A DNA stretch of 62,189 bases, counting the filler, from Chiloscyllium plagiosum (lineage: Eukaryota): NCBI RefSeq assembly GCF_004010195.1. It is 3 parts of one record of this genome, joined end to end, with 100 filler letters (N's around TTAATTAATTAA, not from the genome) between each part and the next. Parts side by side here need not be neighbours in the genome. Positions count along the whole stretch, not along the records: positions 34,126 to 62,189 come from NC_057717.1; 2 more parts are not named here. One strand, 5' to 3'. Of this stretch, positions 34,126-46,864 are shown piece by piece. Numbering within the stretch: the first letter of the stretch is position 1; every line of letters starts with the position of its first letter. The notes beneath the pieces were generated by a model. The model saw only the letters and a program-made list of their open reading frames with translations, made no database searches and was not told the origin of the DNA. Position numbers and translations under genes: made by a program.

Positions 34126-36329
34126 CAAGCAATGCTTTTTTGAACACTGTTTCTAAGCTTCTTAGTGTTGGAAGCTGATGCTCTTGGGTGAGCAACATTC
34201 AAGGGCAGGAAAAGATCTAGGACAGTTATTCACATTGAAACTGGACAATTAAAACTAGATGGCGGGGAAGCAGTTTAAACATCAACAAATGGGAGGGATT
34301 TGGGAAATAGACAAAGGGAGAGAGACTCTGAGTCAGTGTTATAGAAGGATGTGTTTGCAGGTTTTCAGAATGCTTAAATGAAGACATTTCGATCATATCT
34401 AGCAACATAGGTTAGCATGTCCGGGAATGATGAATTAATACGATATTGGTGCAAGGTCAGATAGAGTCAGAGTCTCGGAGATGTACAGCATGGAATAAGA
34501 CGCTTCAGTCTAAGTCGTCCATGCTGATGGGATATCCCAAATTAAACTAGTCACATTTGGTCAATGTCAATGTAAACCCTTCCTCTTCATGTACACATCC
34601 CAATATCATTTAGACGTTATAATTGTAAAAGCCTCCACCACCTCCTCTTTCCACACATGCACCACCCTCTGTGGGAAAAAATTGCTCCTTAGGTCATTTT
34701 TAAATCTTTTCCTTCTCATCAGAAATCCATGTCCTCTAGTTTTGGGGAAAAAGACCTTGGCTATGCACACTACATATGCTCCTCACGCTACAGGAATAAA
34801 ATAACCCAATCATCCAAGTTTGTGAGAACCCAACCTACTCGCACTATCCCTATAGCTCCAATCCTGGCAACATCCTTGTAAATCTTAACTGACTCCCTTC
34901 AAGTTTCACAATATATTTCCAAAAGGAAGGAGACCAGAATTGAATGCAGTACACCAAAAATGGCCAAAGTAATGTGCTATACAGCAGCAACATGACCACC
35001 CAATTCATATAGTCAAAGCACTGGCCAATAAAGGCAAGCATACCAAATGCCTTCGTCACTATCCTACCTAACTGCGATTCTACTTTAAATAAACTATGAA
35101 CTTGCATTCCAAGGTCTCTTTGTTCAGCAACACGCCCCAGGACGTTAGCATGAAGTGTACATGTCCTGCCCTGATTTGCATTTCCAAAATGCAGCACCTC
35201 CCATTTGTCTAGATTAAAAACAACCTGCCAATTGTCAGCCCATCTGCCCATCTGATCAAGATTCCATTCTACTCTGAGGTAAACCTTCTTTGCTATCCAC
35301 TACACCATCATTTTGGGTTTCATCTGCAAACTTAGCAACCATTGCTGCAATGTTCACATCCAAATGATTTATGTGAATAGTGAAAAGCAGTGGAGCCAGC
35401 ATTAACCCTTGTAGCACACCAATGGTAACAACCCTCCTTTTCGAAAAACAATCCTTCACCACCACCTTCTGTCTCCTGACTTCGGGCTAATTCTGTATAC
35501 ATATGGCTAGTTCTCCCTGTATTCCATATGAACTAAACTTGTTAACCAATCTAAAATGCAGGAAGTTGGCAAATGCCTTACTGAAGTCCATACCAACAAT
35601 ATACACCTCTGCCGCAATGAATCCTCTTAGTCACTTCTTCAAACATACTCAGTCAATTTAGTGAGACTCAACTTTCCATGCTTCGATCCATGTGGCCTAT
35701 CACTTATCAGTCCTTGCTTTTCAAAATCCATGCAAACCTTGTGCCTCATACTCCTTATCAACAGCTTGCCCTCTACTGAAGTCTGGCTCACTAGCTTTTC
35801 CTTACCATCCTTCTTGAATGTTGTCAATAATCGCACCAAATTCGCAAGCCTCCTATCTTCCGGTACCTCATCTGTGACAATTGATGATACAAATATCTCA
35901 GCAAGGGGCCCAGCAATCACTTCACTCGCTTCCACAGAGTTCTCCGGTACATCTGATCAGGTCCTGAAGATTTTCCCACTTTACGGGTTTACGAACTCCA
36001 GCATCTCCTTCGCTGTAATACAGGCACTTTTCAACATGTCACGGTTTATTTCCAAAGATCTTTAGCTTCCATATTCTTCTGCACAGTCAATACTGACGCA
36101 TGACGCTTGTTTAGTATCGCCTCCATCTCCTGCGGTTTTGCACATCGGCAACCTTGCTGATCTTTAAGTGGCCCAAAACCCTCCTGAGTTATTCTTTTGT
36201 CCTTAATGTATGCGTATAGTCCCTTTGGATTCTCCTTAACCCTATTTGCCAGAACTATCTCATGTCCCCTTTGTGGCCTCTGGATTTCCCTCTTATGTAT
36301 ACTCCTACTGGCTTTAGACCCTTCTTGAC

Positions 36330-37036
36330 AGTCACTTTAAATCTGGAATTAAGAGCCAAATGACGATGATTTTTGGAAAACCCATCAGGTTCGCTTATGG
36401 TCTTGAAGGAAGCAAACTGTCTCCTTACCAGGCCTAGGTTACATGTAACTCCAGACCGACAACCATGTGTGTGACTCGTAACTGGATTAGTGGTGCTGGA
36501 AGAGCACAACAGTTCAGGCAGCATCCGAGGATCAGCAAAAGCCCTTCATCAGGAATAAAGGCAGAGAGGCTGAAGCGTGGAGAGATAAGCGAGAGGAGAG
36601 TGGAGGTGGGGAGAAAGTAGCATAGGCGAGTGGGGGAGGGGATGAAGGTGATAGGTCGGGGGCCGGGGGAGTGTGGAGTGGATAGGTGGAAAAGAAGATA
36701 GGCAGGTAAGGCAAGTCAGGACAAGTCACGGGGAGAGTGCTGAGCTGTAAGTTTGGAACTGGGGTGAGGTGGGGGAATGCGAAATGAGGAAACTGTTGAA
36801 GTCCTCAATGATGCCCTGGGGTTGAAGTGTTCCAAGCCGGAAGATGAGGCGTTCTTCCTACAGGCGTCTGGTGGTGAGGGAGCGGCGGTGAAGGAGGCCC
36901 AGGACCTCCATGTCATCGGCAGAGTGGGAGGGAGAGTTGAAATGTGACTCGTAACTGCCCTCTGGGCAATTAGTGTTGGGTAATGAATGCAGGACAACCA
37001 GTGATGCCCTCAACCCGTGAATGCGTACTGAAAAAA
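36330..37036 (+). mobile_element. SINE 3' part (non-HE1) split by a Penelope insertion
   Basis: aaatctggaattaagag...ggaaaacccatc...acatgtaactccagacc | aactgccctctgggcaattag...cccgtgaatg..aaaaaa reads continuously once 36485-36942 is removed. Confidence 0.65.
36485..36942 (-). mobile_element. Penelope-like element 3' end (second family) with 15-bp TSD
   Basis: HFNSPSHSADDMEVLGLLHRRSLTTRRL*EERLIFRLGTLQPQGI; TSD tgtgactcgtaactg at 36470-36484 and 36943-36957; hammerhead remnant CTGATGAagggcttttgc lacking GAAA. Confidence 0.9.
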
Positions 37037-37759
37037 TCCTTGACTCCTGCTCTCTCTACCTGACATATGCTTCCCTCTTATCCGTGACCAGACACTCAAT
37101 TTCTCCCGTCCTTCAGCATTCCTTACACCTATCAGCCTTACACTTCCCCCCAACAGGGACAGACTGTCTCTGTGATTTTGACAATTCCTTTTTGAAGGCT
37201 TCCCTCTTCTCAGCTGGCCCCGTAACTGCGAATATCTGTTCCAATCCAGTTTGGAAGTTCTTGCTAATATCATCAAAATTGGCCTTCCTCCAAGTTAGAG
37301 CGTTACCTTTTAGACCCAGTTCATCCTTTTCCATCTCTATTTTAAAACTAATAGAATTATGATTATGTGTCTCAAAGTGATTCCCCACTGATACCTCAGT
37401 CTCCTGCCCTGCCATATTACCCAAGGGGAAGGTGACGGTGAGCTCCTTCTCTGTGATGGAGAGCATTGGTCAAGCAGATGCAGCGTTATAACTGGGATTG
37501 GGCCCAACAGTGAATTCGTCTCATTGGGCTGGATCGAACCATAATTTTATCTCAGGGTCATTTTCATTGAGTGTGACAGAGGGATTGTCTGCACAAGGTC
37601 GAGCTAGTTTCCTGGTGCTACCTTATCAAATTCACCTCATTAACTACCTACCCCACCCCATGGTGTCCCTCTCATTCAATGCCAGCCCTATTCTCCCACC
37701 CATCACGGCTGGAGGTACTCACCATCGCACTGATGCCCCTCGGTATTCCGTGATCCCTG

Positions 37760-38750
37760 GCATTAGTGCCATCTTTAAAAGGCCGGTGGGCACACAGTTG
37801 AGCTTTTTTGATGTCGGAGCTGGTTTGTACAGTTTACCCCGAGCATGGCAGATAAGGGGCAATTACACCACAGTTTGTCGACAGGGGCACGGAGGTCCTG
37901 GTGGGTGGGCCAGTACAGAGGGGGACCAATCTCTTCCCAGAGGGTGCTCACACTATCAGACACACCTGGCATGGTCTGAGCTCCCCACTCAGCTCAGTGC
38001 AGTATCTGCTGTCTGAAGAAATGTCTAGCAATTAAGGACAAGCATCAATAACCTTCCCCACTCTGTCAGGATAAGGGTCACCGTATTCTCTCTGCTCCCT
38101 CACACTCTCTGTATATCTGTTGCAGCAGAGACCCAGAACAACGTTCATGCTCCACCACTCTCACTGCTGCTTGCAGTATCTTCCTTCTCTCTCTCTCTCT
38201 CCATTATCCCACACACACACTAATAACATTGCATGGATACAACACTGTGGACTGACTCCCTCCAGATACCTCACCATATCTCCCACCACCTACACCAGCA
38301 CTAACAGCAGAGGTACCCACTCCAACCCTCCCTCCCTCCGTCCCTCCCTTTCTCCCATTCCAAGAGAAACAACCTAGAATATGACAGTAAGGGTCGAGCC
38401 AAGTGGTGGAGTGTCCGATATCCGTTCCCTCACGTCCCCCCTTCCCCTGCCATGTTGGGAGGACCCTGGTACGAGCCGGAGGGGACTGGAACGCCTCGAG
38501 TGGAGATTCTGAAACGTCCCAGCAACCGAGTAAGGAGCAATGTTCAGTGAAGGGCAATTCTCACTTTTAACTCACTGGCAACTCCTTTTCCCCCCGACAC
38601 AACTTAGAATCCGTGGCCCTGATGCCATCTCCCTTTTGTGTCGAGCTGGTACAAATGGAATCCCCAAGGTCTCGGTCGGCAGGAGGGTGGGCTCGCAACA
38701 CATCGTCTCCATCACATCCCAGGAAGGGAGCACGGCGACTCCCTTCTACA
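37760..38750 (+). mobile_element. decayed PIF/Harbinger-type element, Myb/SANT-like ORF relic
   Basis: From ATG ~37844: MADKGQL.PQFVDRGTEVLVGG.VQRGTNLFP..QTHLAWSELPTQLSAVSAV*RNV*QLRTSINNL, the F..LV..LF..AW.E....SAVS..R..Q....NDL pattern of Myb/SANT-like domains. Confidence 0.65.
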
Positions 38751-40159
38751 CCTCCTCCTGTAAACAGCTCAGATACTGAAACTAATCTGTGATAGTTCCT
38801 ACTCTAACCACTTGTCCTGACATCTTCAATAACCTGTTCTCATATACACCCTGGCCATTTGTTCCTGCACCTCCTTTCTAACGGTACAACCTGTTTTATA
38901 TTGTCTTTCAATGTCCTTCCAGTAAAGAGCATCACCTCACACTGCGCTGCATTGATCCTCATCTGCCATACACCTGAACACTACATCAACACATAACTTT
39001 CCTGTTGGAGTTCCACACCGTCCTCAACAAACTTTACAATTCTTTCAGGTTTGGTATCTGCAACTATTGAAATTGTCCTACAGTCACACGCCACTCAAAA
39101 ATACTGACACACACCAAACAGAGCGAGTGAAATATTGACACACTCTCCAGGTCTGTATTACTGTCAATGTATAGTGAGTGCTTCTATATGTCTTTATTCG
39201 TGTGTGTATCTATGTGGGGCGGGTCTGGCAGTCTCTGTGATGTTTAAAGTGATGAAATATGCCCCGATATGAGTTCTGAGTAAGGATCATTCGATGTAAA
39301 ACGTCAACTTTCATTTTTGTCCAAAGATGCTTCCAGAGCTGCGGAGATTTCTGTTGTTGTCAATCTCTGTTGCACCCCAATCCCCCACCCCCTACGCCAC
39401 TGTAATCGTGGTGCTAAAGTGTGTAAACGATCAGAGATTCAGTCTGAGAGGGAGATAGGTATGGCAGCAGCTCGCAGCACAATCCAACCTGAATTTTGAT
39501 TGCACCAAATACACATATACACACACACACACGCTTACACGCGCGGGCACAGACTCACGCACATGCACACACTAGGTTGGTTTGGAGAGGATTGTCATTG
39601 TACTTAGGCCCTCAGAGTGGAACGTGTTCGTGTGGAGAAATTTCTGCTCTCCTTCTGCAATGTGGAAATGATTTGTCACTGGGCAGTATTTCCAACACAC
39701 AGTCTACACATGAAAGCATATTTCCATTGCAATTATATCCAAGCAATTCCGAGTGAGCCACTTTCCAAGGCGATGGGATTCATTTTAATGCACTTTCTGT
39801 AACTTGGAATTTTTAATGTTTTACTCTTACAAGCAACCTTACATGTGAGAAACGATTGGAAAGACCTGAACCAGACCAGCAGGGTGTGGGCTTGTATCAC
39901 TTTAAAGAAAAGAAGGAAAGGGAGAGGAAGCGAGAGCGGTTTTGATCCCGTTTCAGTGATTCACACCAAAAACAAGAAGAATTCCCATTGCACAGAGATG
40001 CAGAGACAGAGATCCACACACTAAAGCAGGAACACATGTAACAAGCACAGAGAGATAGACATGCACACAGAGGTTAGCAGAGACATATATAGACACACAG
40101 GAATAGACAAATATGAACAGAAATATGCAGACACATACTTGGACATGCAAACACACATA

Positions 40160-43100
40160 GACTCATCGAGTTATACAGGGTATTTGCAAACAGGCCTTTC
40201 GGCCCATGCTGACCATAATCCCAAGCTAAATCATTCCCACTGCCTGCGCTTGGCTCAGATTTGTCCAAATGTTCTCTTATTCTTGTACTTAACCAAATGC
40301 GTTTGAAATGTTATAACTTCACCCACAATCCATCACTTCCTCAGAAAGTACATTCCATTCACGAACCACATGCTGTGTAAAAAATGAATCACCTCACAGG
40401 TCCTGATCAGGTGGACCCAATAAATTTGTAGGAAGCTAAGGAGGTGATGCTGGGTTCCTTGCTGAGATGTTGTCATCATCAATAGCCACAGGTGAGATGC
40501 TAGAAGTCATGAGTTTGACTAAAGTTTTGCTATTAAACAAAATGGAAAGAAAAAGCCAAGAGCTATAGATTGGGGAGCCTGACATCAGTGGTGGGCACGG
40601 TGTTGGAGGGCATCAGGAGCTACAGGATTTAAATGCATTTGGAAAGGCAAGGACTGATTAGGGATAGGCAAAAGTGAGGACTGCAAATGCTGGAGATCAG
40701 TGTCTAGATGAGAGTGGTACTGAAAAAGAACAGCAGGTCAGGCAGCATCTGACGAACAGGAAAATCAATGATCTGGACAAAAGCCCTTTATATGGATAGT
40801 GAAATGCGGGTGTGCGTGGATAATCATGTCTCACTAATTTGATTTTGTTTTTGTTGAGAAGTAACGGACAGGATTGATGACGGCAGAACACTGGATTTGA
40901 TCTGTATGGAGTTCAGTTAGGCATTTGACATAGCTCCCCATGGAGACTGGTTAGCAAGATTAGATCACATGGAATACAGGGAGAATTACCCAGTTGGATA
41001 CAGAACTGGCTCAAAGGTAGAGGACAGAGGGTGGTGGTGGAGGGCTGTTTTGCAGACTGGAGGCCTATGACCAGTGGAGTGCCACAGGGATCGGTGCTGG
41101 GTCCGCTACTTTTCGTCACTTATATAAATGATTTCGATATGAACATAGGACAGTTAGTACGTTTGCAGATGACACCAAAATTGGAGGTATAGTGGCCAGC
41201 AAAGAAGGTTACTTCAGATTACGACGGGTTCTTAATCAGGTGGGCCAATGGACCGAGGAGTGGCAGACAGAGTTTAATTTAGATAAATGTGAGATGCTGC
41301 ATATTGGAAAGGCATATCAGGGCAAGACTTATAAACTTACTGGTAAAACCCTGGGGAGTGTTGCTGAACAAAATGATCTCAGAGTACAGATTTATACTTC
41401 CTTGAAAGTGGATTTGCAGGAAGATAGGACAGTGAAGAAAGTATTTGATATGTTATTGGTCAAGTGCATTGTGTATATGCGTTAGGAGACTGGATTGCGA
41501 CTGTACAGGACGTTGGTTTGGGACACTTTTGGAATAGTGTATGCAATTCTGATCTCCCTGCTCTGTATGAAGCATGTTGTCAAACTCGAAAGGGTTCAAG
41601 AAGGGTTTACACTAAGGTTGCCATGATTGGAGGGTTTGAGTTACAGGGAGAGGCTGAATACGCTGAGCCTGTTTTCCCTGGAGAATCAGAGAAGGAGGGT
41701 TGATGTTAGAGGTTAGTAAAATCATGGGTGCAACGGATAGATTGAATAGCCAAAGTCTTTTCCCTAGGGTAGTGCAGTCAAAAACTAGATGCCAAAGGTT
41801 TAAGGTTGGATGGGAAAGACAAAAGGGCTCTAATGGGCAATATCTTCATGTAGAAGATGGTCCGTGTGTAATGAGCCTCCAGAGGAAGGTATTGAGGCTG
41901 ACACAATTGCAACATTTAACAGGCATCTGGATGGACCGATGAATGGGAAGGGTTAAGATGGAAGTTGACCAAATGCTGGCAAATTGGAGAAGAATAATTT
42001 TGGCTGTCTGGTTGCCATGGACACGTTGGACCAAAGGGTCTGTTTCTATGCTATACAGCTCTATGACGCCATGTCTTCTAACAAACTCCCTCCTCTTATC
42101 TTAAAACAATCCCCCACTCGAGGGAAAAGTTACCTACCATTCAACATTACCGATACTTCTCATGATATTATGAACCTCTAAAAGGTTAATTCTCAGCCCC
42201 CGACGTTCGAGTAGAAAATGTCCGAATCTATTGAGCCTGTCCTTATATGCAAACACTCCATTCCCAGCAACATCGTGATAAACTTATTCTGAACTCTCCC
42301 GAACTTGATAATATTCTCGATATAACAGGGCGACCAGAACTGCACAAAGTCCTCCAGGACATGCCTCATGAATGTCCTGTGCAACCTGGAAATACCGTCC
42401 CAACACCTGTACTCAAAGGACAGTTCACTGCTATTCGTCATTTATATAAATTATGTGGATGAGAACATAGGAGATATAGCTAGTAAATTTGCAGATGGCA
42501 GCAAAATTGAAGGTGTAGTAAACAGTTAAGAACGTTACCACAGAGTAAAATGGAATCTTGTTCAGATGGGCCAATGGACTGAGGAGTGGCAGATGGAGGT
42601 ACATTTAGATAAATGCGAGGTGCTACATCTTGATAAAGCAAATGAGAGCATGACTTATATATGATAAAGTCCTGGACAGTGTTGCTGAACAAAGAGACCT
42701 TGGAGTACAGGGTCATATTTCCTTGAATGTAGAGTTGCAGTTAGATAGCATAGTGAAGTAGGTGTTTAATATGCATTCCTTTATTGTTCAAACCACTGAG
42801 TACAAGAGTCGGGAGATCATGTTGCGGCTGTGCAGGACATTGGTTAGGCCACTTTTGCAATATTGCGTACAATTCTAGTCTCATTCCTATCGGAAAGATG
42901 TTGTGAAACTTGGAAAGTTCCAGAAAAAATTGACAAAGATGTTGCCAGGGCTGGAAGATTTGAGCTGTAGGGAGAGCCGGGATAGGCTGAGGCTGTTTTC
43001 TCCGAATCGTTAGGGGCTGAAAGGTGAATTATAGAGGTTGATAAAATCATGAGAGGCATGCCTAGGGTAAATAGACAATGTCTTTTCCCCGGGGTAAGCG

Positions 43101-43610
43101 AGTCCAGAATTAGAGGGTATAGGTTTAAGATGAGAGGGGAAAGATTTAAAAGGGACCACAGTGGCAATTTTTATGCTTAGAGGGTGGTATGTGTATGGAA
43201 TGAGTTGCCAGAGGCTGGTAAAAATAAAGTATTTAAATAACTGGATGAGTATATATAAGTAGGAAGGGTTCAGACGGATATGGGCAGGTGTTCGCAAAAT
43301 TGACAAGATTAGGTTAGGGTATCTGGTCGACATGGACAAGTTATACCAGAGGGTCCGTTTCCGTTCAGTACATCTCTATGACTATGTCTATATAATGAAG
43401 AGCATCAAGTGAAACACCTTCATAACCACCCTGTCTACATATGAAGCAAACTTCAAAGAATTATGCCTGAAACCCTAGGTTGCTCTGTTCTACAACACTA
43501 CCAATGGCTGAACATTTAATTGTATGTTTTTTCTTTAGTTTGTTTTACCAAAGTACAATACCTTGCATTTATCAACATTAAACTCCATCTGCAATTCTTT
43601 AGCCCAGTGA
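40160..43610. mobile_element. patchwork of CR1 fragments (+: 40395-42075, 42420-43390; -: 40160-40390, 42080-42420, 43395-43610)
   Basis: [42 protein letters not shown] motifs and several 3' tails (ctctatgac). Confidence 0.9.
40668..40792 (-). mobile_element. Penelope-LTR-derived fragment inserted in CR1
   Basis: aaagtgaggactgcaaatgctggagatcag...cagcaggtcaggcagcatc matches left arm of 2048-2255; flanked by ggatag repeats. Confidence 0.7.
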
Positions 43611-44459
43611 GTGATAATACTGGGGAAGAAAGGCTGGAACGTAATCAGTTACCTTGTACCATTTGGTGGTTTTAGGAAGAGAACAGTCACACGTTAGAGG
43701 TGGGAAACAGTGATCGGTGTTTCAGGCCAGAAAGTATGCTCTGTCTTTGTCTCTGGTGTTCAGTGTTGATATCTATTCGAGATCCTTCATAGTGCAGAGT
43801 GTGTCTGCAGGATTTCATTCCTCATATTGCAGACTACAGATAATAGCCATTTAAACTGGAAATAATAGACAAGTATTTAAAGATGTTCATAGTTTATCTC
43901 GAAGGCAGAGCACATAAACTCGACATCCTACAGTTGAGGCAAGTACCTTGCATTTTTTAACAACGTTATTATTTTAACTGGGTAATTCAGTAAAGTGAAC
44001 CAGATTTCAATAAGTCCATACCGATCTGGAAGCTGGCATTTAAAGTTAAAAATTTGGGCAGGTTTAGATTTTGTGTAGTCTGTAGTATCCCTGCCTCTGA
44101 GGCAGAGCTCTGGATTCTATTCCAATTCCTGAACTTGTTTGGTCGTGTCCCTAGCTCGAGACCAGATTGTCTGGATTCCGGTGCAGCATGACAGAACAGG
44201 CTGATGAATGAACAGACAGGAGAATAATGCTGCAACTTTTGGGGCTATTGTGGAGTGGTGGTAGTGTCCCTATCTATGGCCCCCATAGGTATAAGTTCTA
44301 ATCCAACGAGAGGTGTTTGATAATATGTCTGAACGCGTTGACTAAAATGATATTCAAATTGTGGTTTGATCGAGATGGAAGAGGTGTCAGTGTTGAATTT
44401 CAGAATTTAAGCGCCGGATGACTGAAAGCACAGAGGCTGCGTGGGAGACATATTTGCAC

Positions 44460-45115
44460 TTTCTAGAGGTTAATAAATTCATGAAGTGCATGGATAGGGG
44501 GTGAGTAGTCAAGATCTTTTCCCCATGCTTGGAAGTCCAAAATTAGAAAGCATAGATTTAATGTGAGAGGGGAAAGATTTTAAAGTGACGTCGGGGCAAC
44601 GTTTTCACTCAGAAAGTGGAGGGTGTACATAATGAACTGCCAGAAGAAGTGGTGGAGGTTGGTATAATTACAACATTTAAAAGGCACCCAGATGGATATA
44701 TTGATAGGAAGGATTTAGAATGATATGTTACAATTGCTGGCAAACAGATTAGATTCCCTACTGTGTAGCACAAGTCCACACCAACTCTCTGAAGAGTTAC
44801 CCACCCAGAACCATCTCACCAAATTTACCCCGACTAATGCACCTGACATTATGTGCAACTTAACATGGCCAATTCACATAACCTGCACAATTTTGGACTG
44901 TGGCAGGAAACCCACGCAGACACAGCGAGAATGTGCAAACTCCATACAGTCAGTCAGCTGTGCCAGCAATCAAACGCAGGCCCCTGGTATGGGAGGCAGT
45001 AGTGCTAACCACTGAGCCACTGCACCACCCCAAGTAGGGCACGATTAATTTCAGAAATCAGGTTGGCATGGACGAGTTGGTCAAAAGTGTTTGCTTCGGT
45101 GTTGTACAACTCTTT
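44460..45115 (+). mobile_element. CR1 3' end with nested minus-strand HE1 SINE (44746-45030)
   Basis: gagaggggaaagatttt...aatgaactgccagaagaagtggtggagg; SINE tgtgcaaactccatacagtcag...gtgctaaccactgagccac. Confidence 0.85.
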
Positions 45116-45298
45116 AGATTCATCAAGCAATTTGATCTAGGTCCCTGTGTAATCTTCATTTTCACTATATAGCCAAACTTGGTTTTATCCACAATCTTTC
45201 TAACCACGCCTTCTATAATTCTCATCTGAATCATTTGTCTAAATGTCAAAACAAAAATGGATTGAGCAGAAGTCCCTGTGGAACACCACTGTGCACAG

Positions 45299-45516
45299 TG
45301 TCACAAGCCTTTTCTCTAAAAGCTTCCTTTTCTCAAAGATACTGTGTCCTTGATTTTTTTTTCAGAGGCGTCGTAAATAGTTCCCGGCTCCAAGGTGACT
45401 GGTTTGGTACAGAGATTATACGGTTTTGTGATTAAAGGTATAATGAAAGGAGAGTGGTCAGCTCTCGAGGTGAGCAGTTCAGTCCAGAACCAGTTTGTAG
45501 TTTAACTGTGTGGACA

Positions 45517-45597
<81 letters not shown>

Positions 45598-45888
45598 TCT
45601 GCCCTTCTAACTTTAACGTGCAATCATTTGTTCCATTTGTACTGTTTTTAAGGGGGGTTCGCTTATTGGGATGGTTGTGTACTTCCAGAACAGCTAATTA
45701 AGTCTAATTTGAATAGATTGAGTTCTGTAGGGGTTCTTTATTCTGTTCTTTGTGTTTCATTGTGTAGTTTTGTGAATATTTTTTGTCTATTTTAAAACCT
45801 GATAATTTTCACTGTGCACTTACTGAAACAAATTACAAAGTTATAGTCTGCGCTGCCTGCTCAAGAATATTTTGAGTGGTCCATAACA
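45299..45888 (+). mobile_element. solo LTR (Gypsy/ERV-type) with internal (CT)n, inserted in a CR1 fragment
   Basis: Starts TGTCAC, ends ATAACA; flanks acag/atag (4-bp TSD, one mismatch); CR1 reads ccactgtgcacag|gcctccagtctgaaaaacaacc when removed. Orientation is tentative. Confidence 0.75.
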
Positions 45889-45947
45889 ATAGGCCTCCAG
45901 TCTGAAAAACAACCGTCCTCGATAATGCTGTCTCCTGCTATTAGGTA

Positions 45948-46585
45948 AACACACACACATACACAGACACGTACACGACACACACACACATACACACGCA
46001 CCCAGACACACACACAGAGACACACACACGCACAGGCGCGCATACACAAATACACACACAAAGACACGCACATAGAGACTCACAGACACATGTACACGCA
46101 CAGACAACACATGCACACAGACACACACGGACGCACAAAGGGACATACAAACACACACAGACACACACACACACAGATACAAACGTGCATGCGCGTGCCG
46201 CACACACACACATCTTAGTGTCTTTCGGATATAAGTCAATAAGTTATGATTAAAGATGGGCTCAAGGCTTGTCGTAAGAGGATAGTAGAACTGGCTTGAA
46301 AAACATGTCAGCCATGATCAATAGTTCAGTAGACTGCATGGGCCAAATGGCCTTTTTACTGCTCTAATTTTGTACGCACTATGGTACGTGCATTCGTCTG
46401 TGTTAGTGTGTGTATTTGCAGGTGCATGTGTGTCCGTGTTTTTGTGTTTCTGTGTTTTTGTGAGGTTGAGTGTGTCTGCGTGTGCACGTCTGTGTGTACG
46501 TTTGAGTGTGCCTGTGTGTGTATGTCTGTGTGTGTTTGAGTTTGTCTATGTGTGCCTGTGTATGTATCTGTGTGTGTCTACATAT
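45948..46585. repeat. degenerate (CA)n tract (45948-46212) and (TG)n tract (46385-46585)
   Basis: Low-complexity dinucleotide tracts; explain the spurious CV/HT-rich ORFs. Confidence 0.9.
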
Positions 46586-46864
46586 GTTTGTCCTCTTCAT
46601 TACTTTTAGTAATCGAAATATAAATGTACACTTTTGTAATTTCTACACTGTTTGTCGTTCATCTTTACATCATAGCTTGAGGAACTTTGTTTTAGTCATG
46701 AATTTGTTATTTTAACAGAGAAGGAAATCTATATGACTTCTTCCTAGGACGGCCCTGACCCAATGTGAGACCTATATTATAAGCCATATCATCAAACTGG
46801 TCACACCGATAATTTGCTGTGACCAATAGAGGAGTGGCAGTAGAAAAGAAAACAGTTACTCAAC

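Larger units (their letters stand above)
34460..37455 (-). mobile_element. decayed CR1/HER1 LINE with nested insertions
   Basis: GVLQGLMLAPLLFTIHINHLD..KFADET, VPEDRRLANLV, VGNHFETHNHNSISFKI; 3' tail near 34460. Confidence 0.9.

Noticed and set aside
45432..46715. ER/LS/CV/HT-rich ORFs
   Set aside because: Translations of (CT)n, (CA)n and (TG)n microsatellites.
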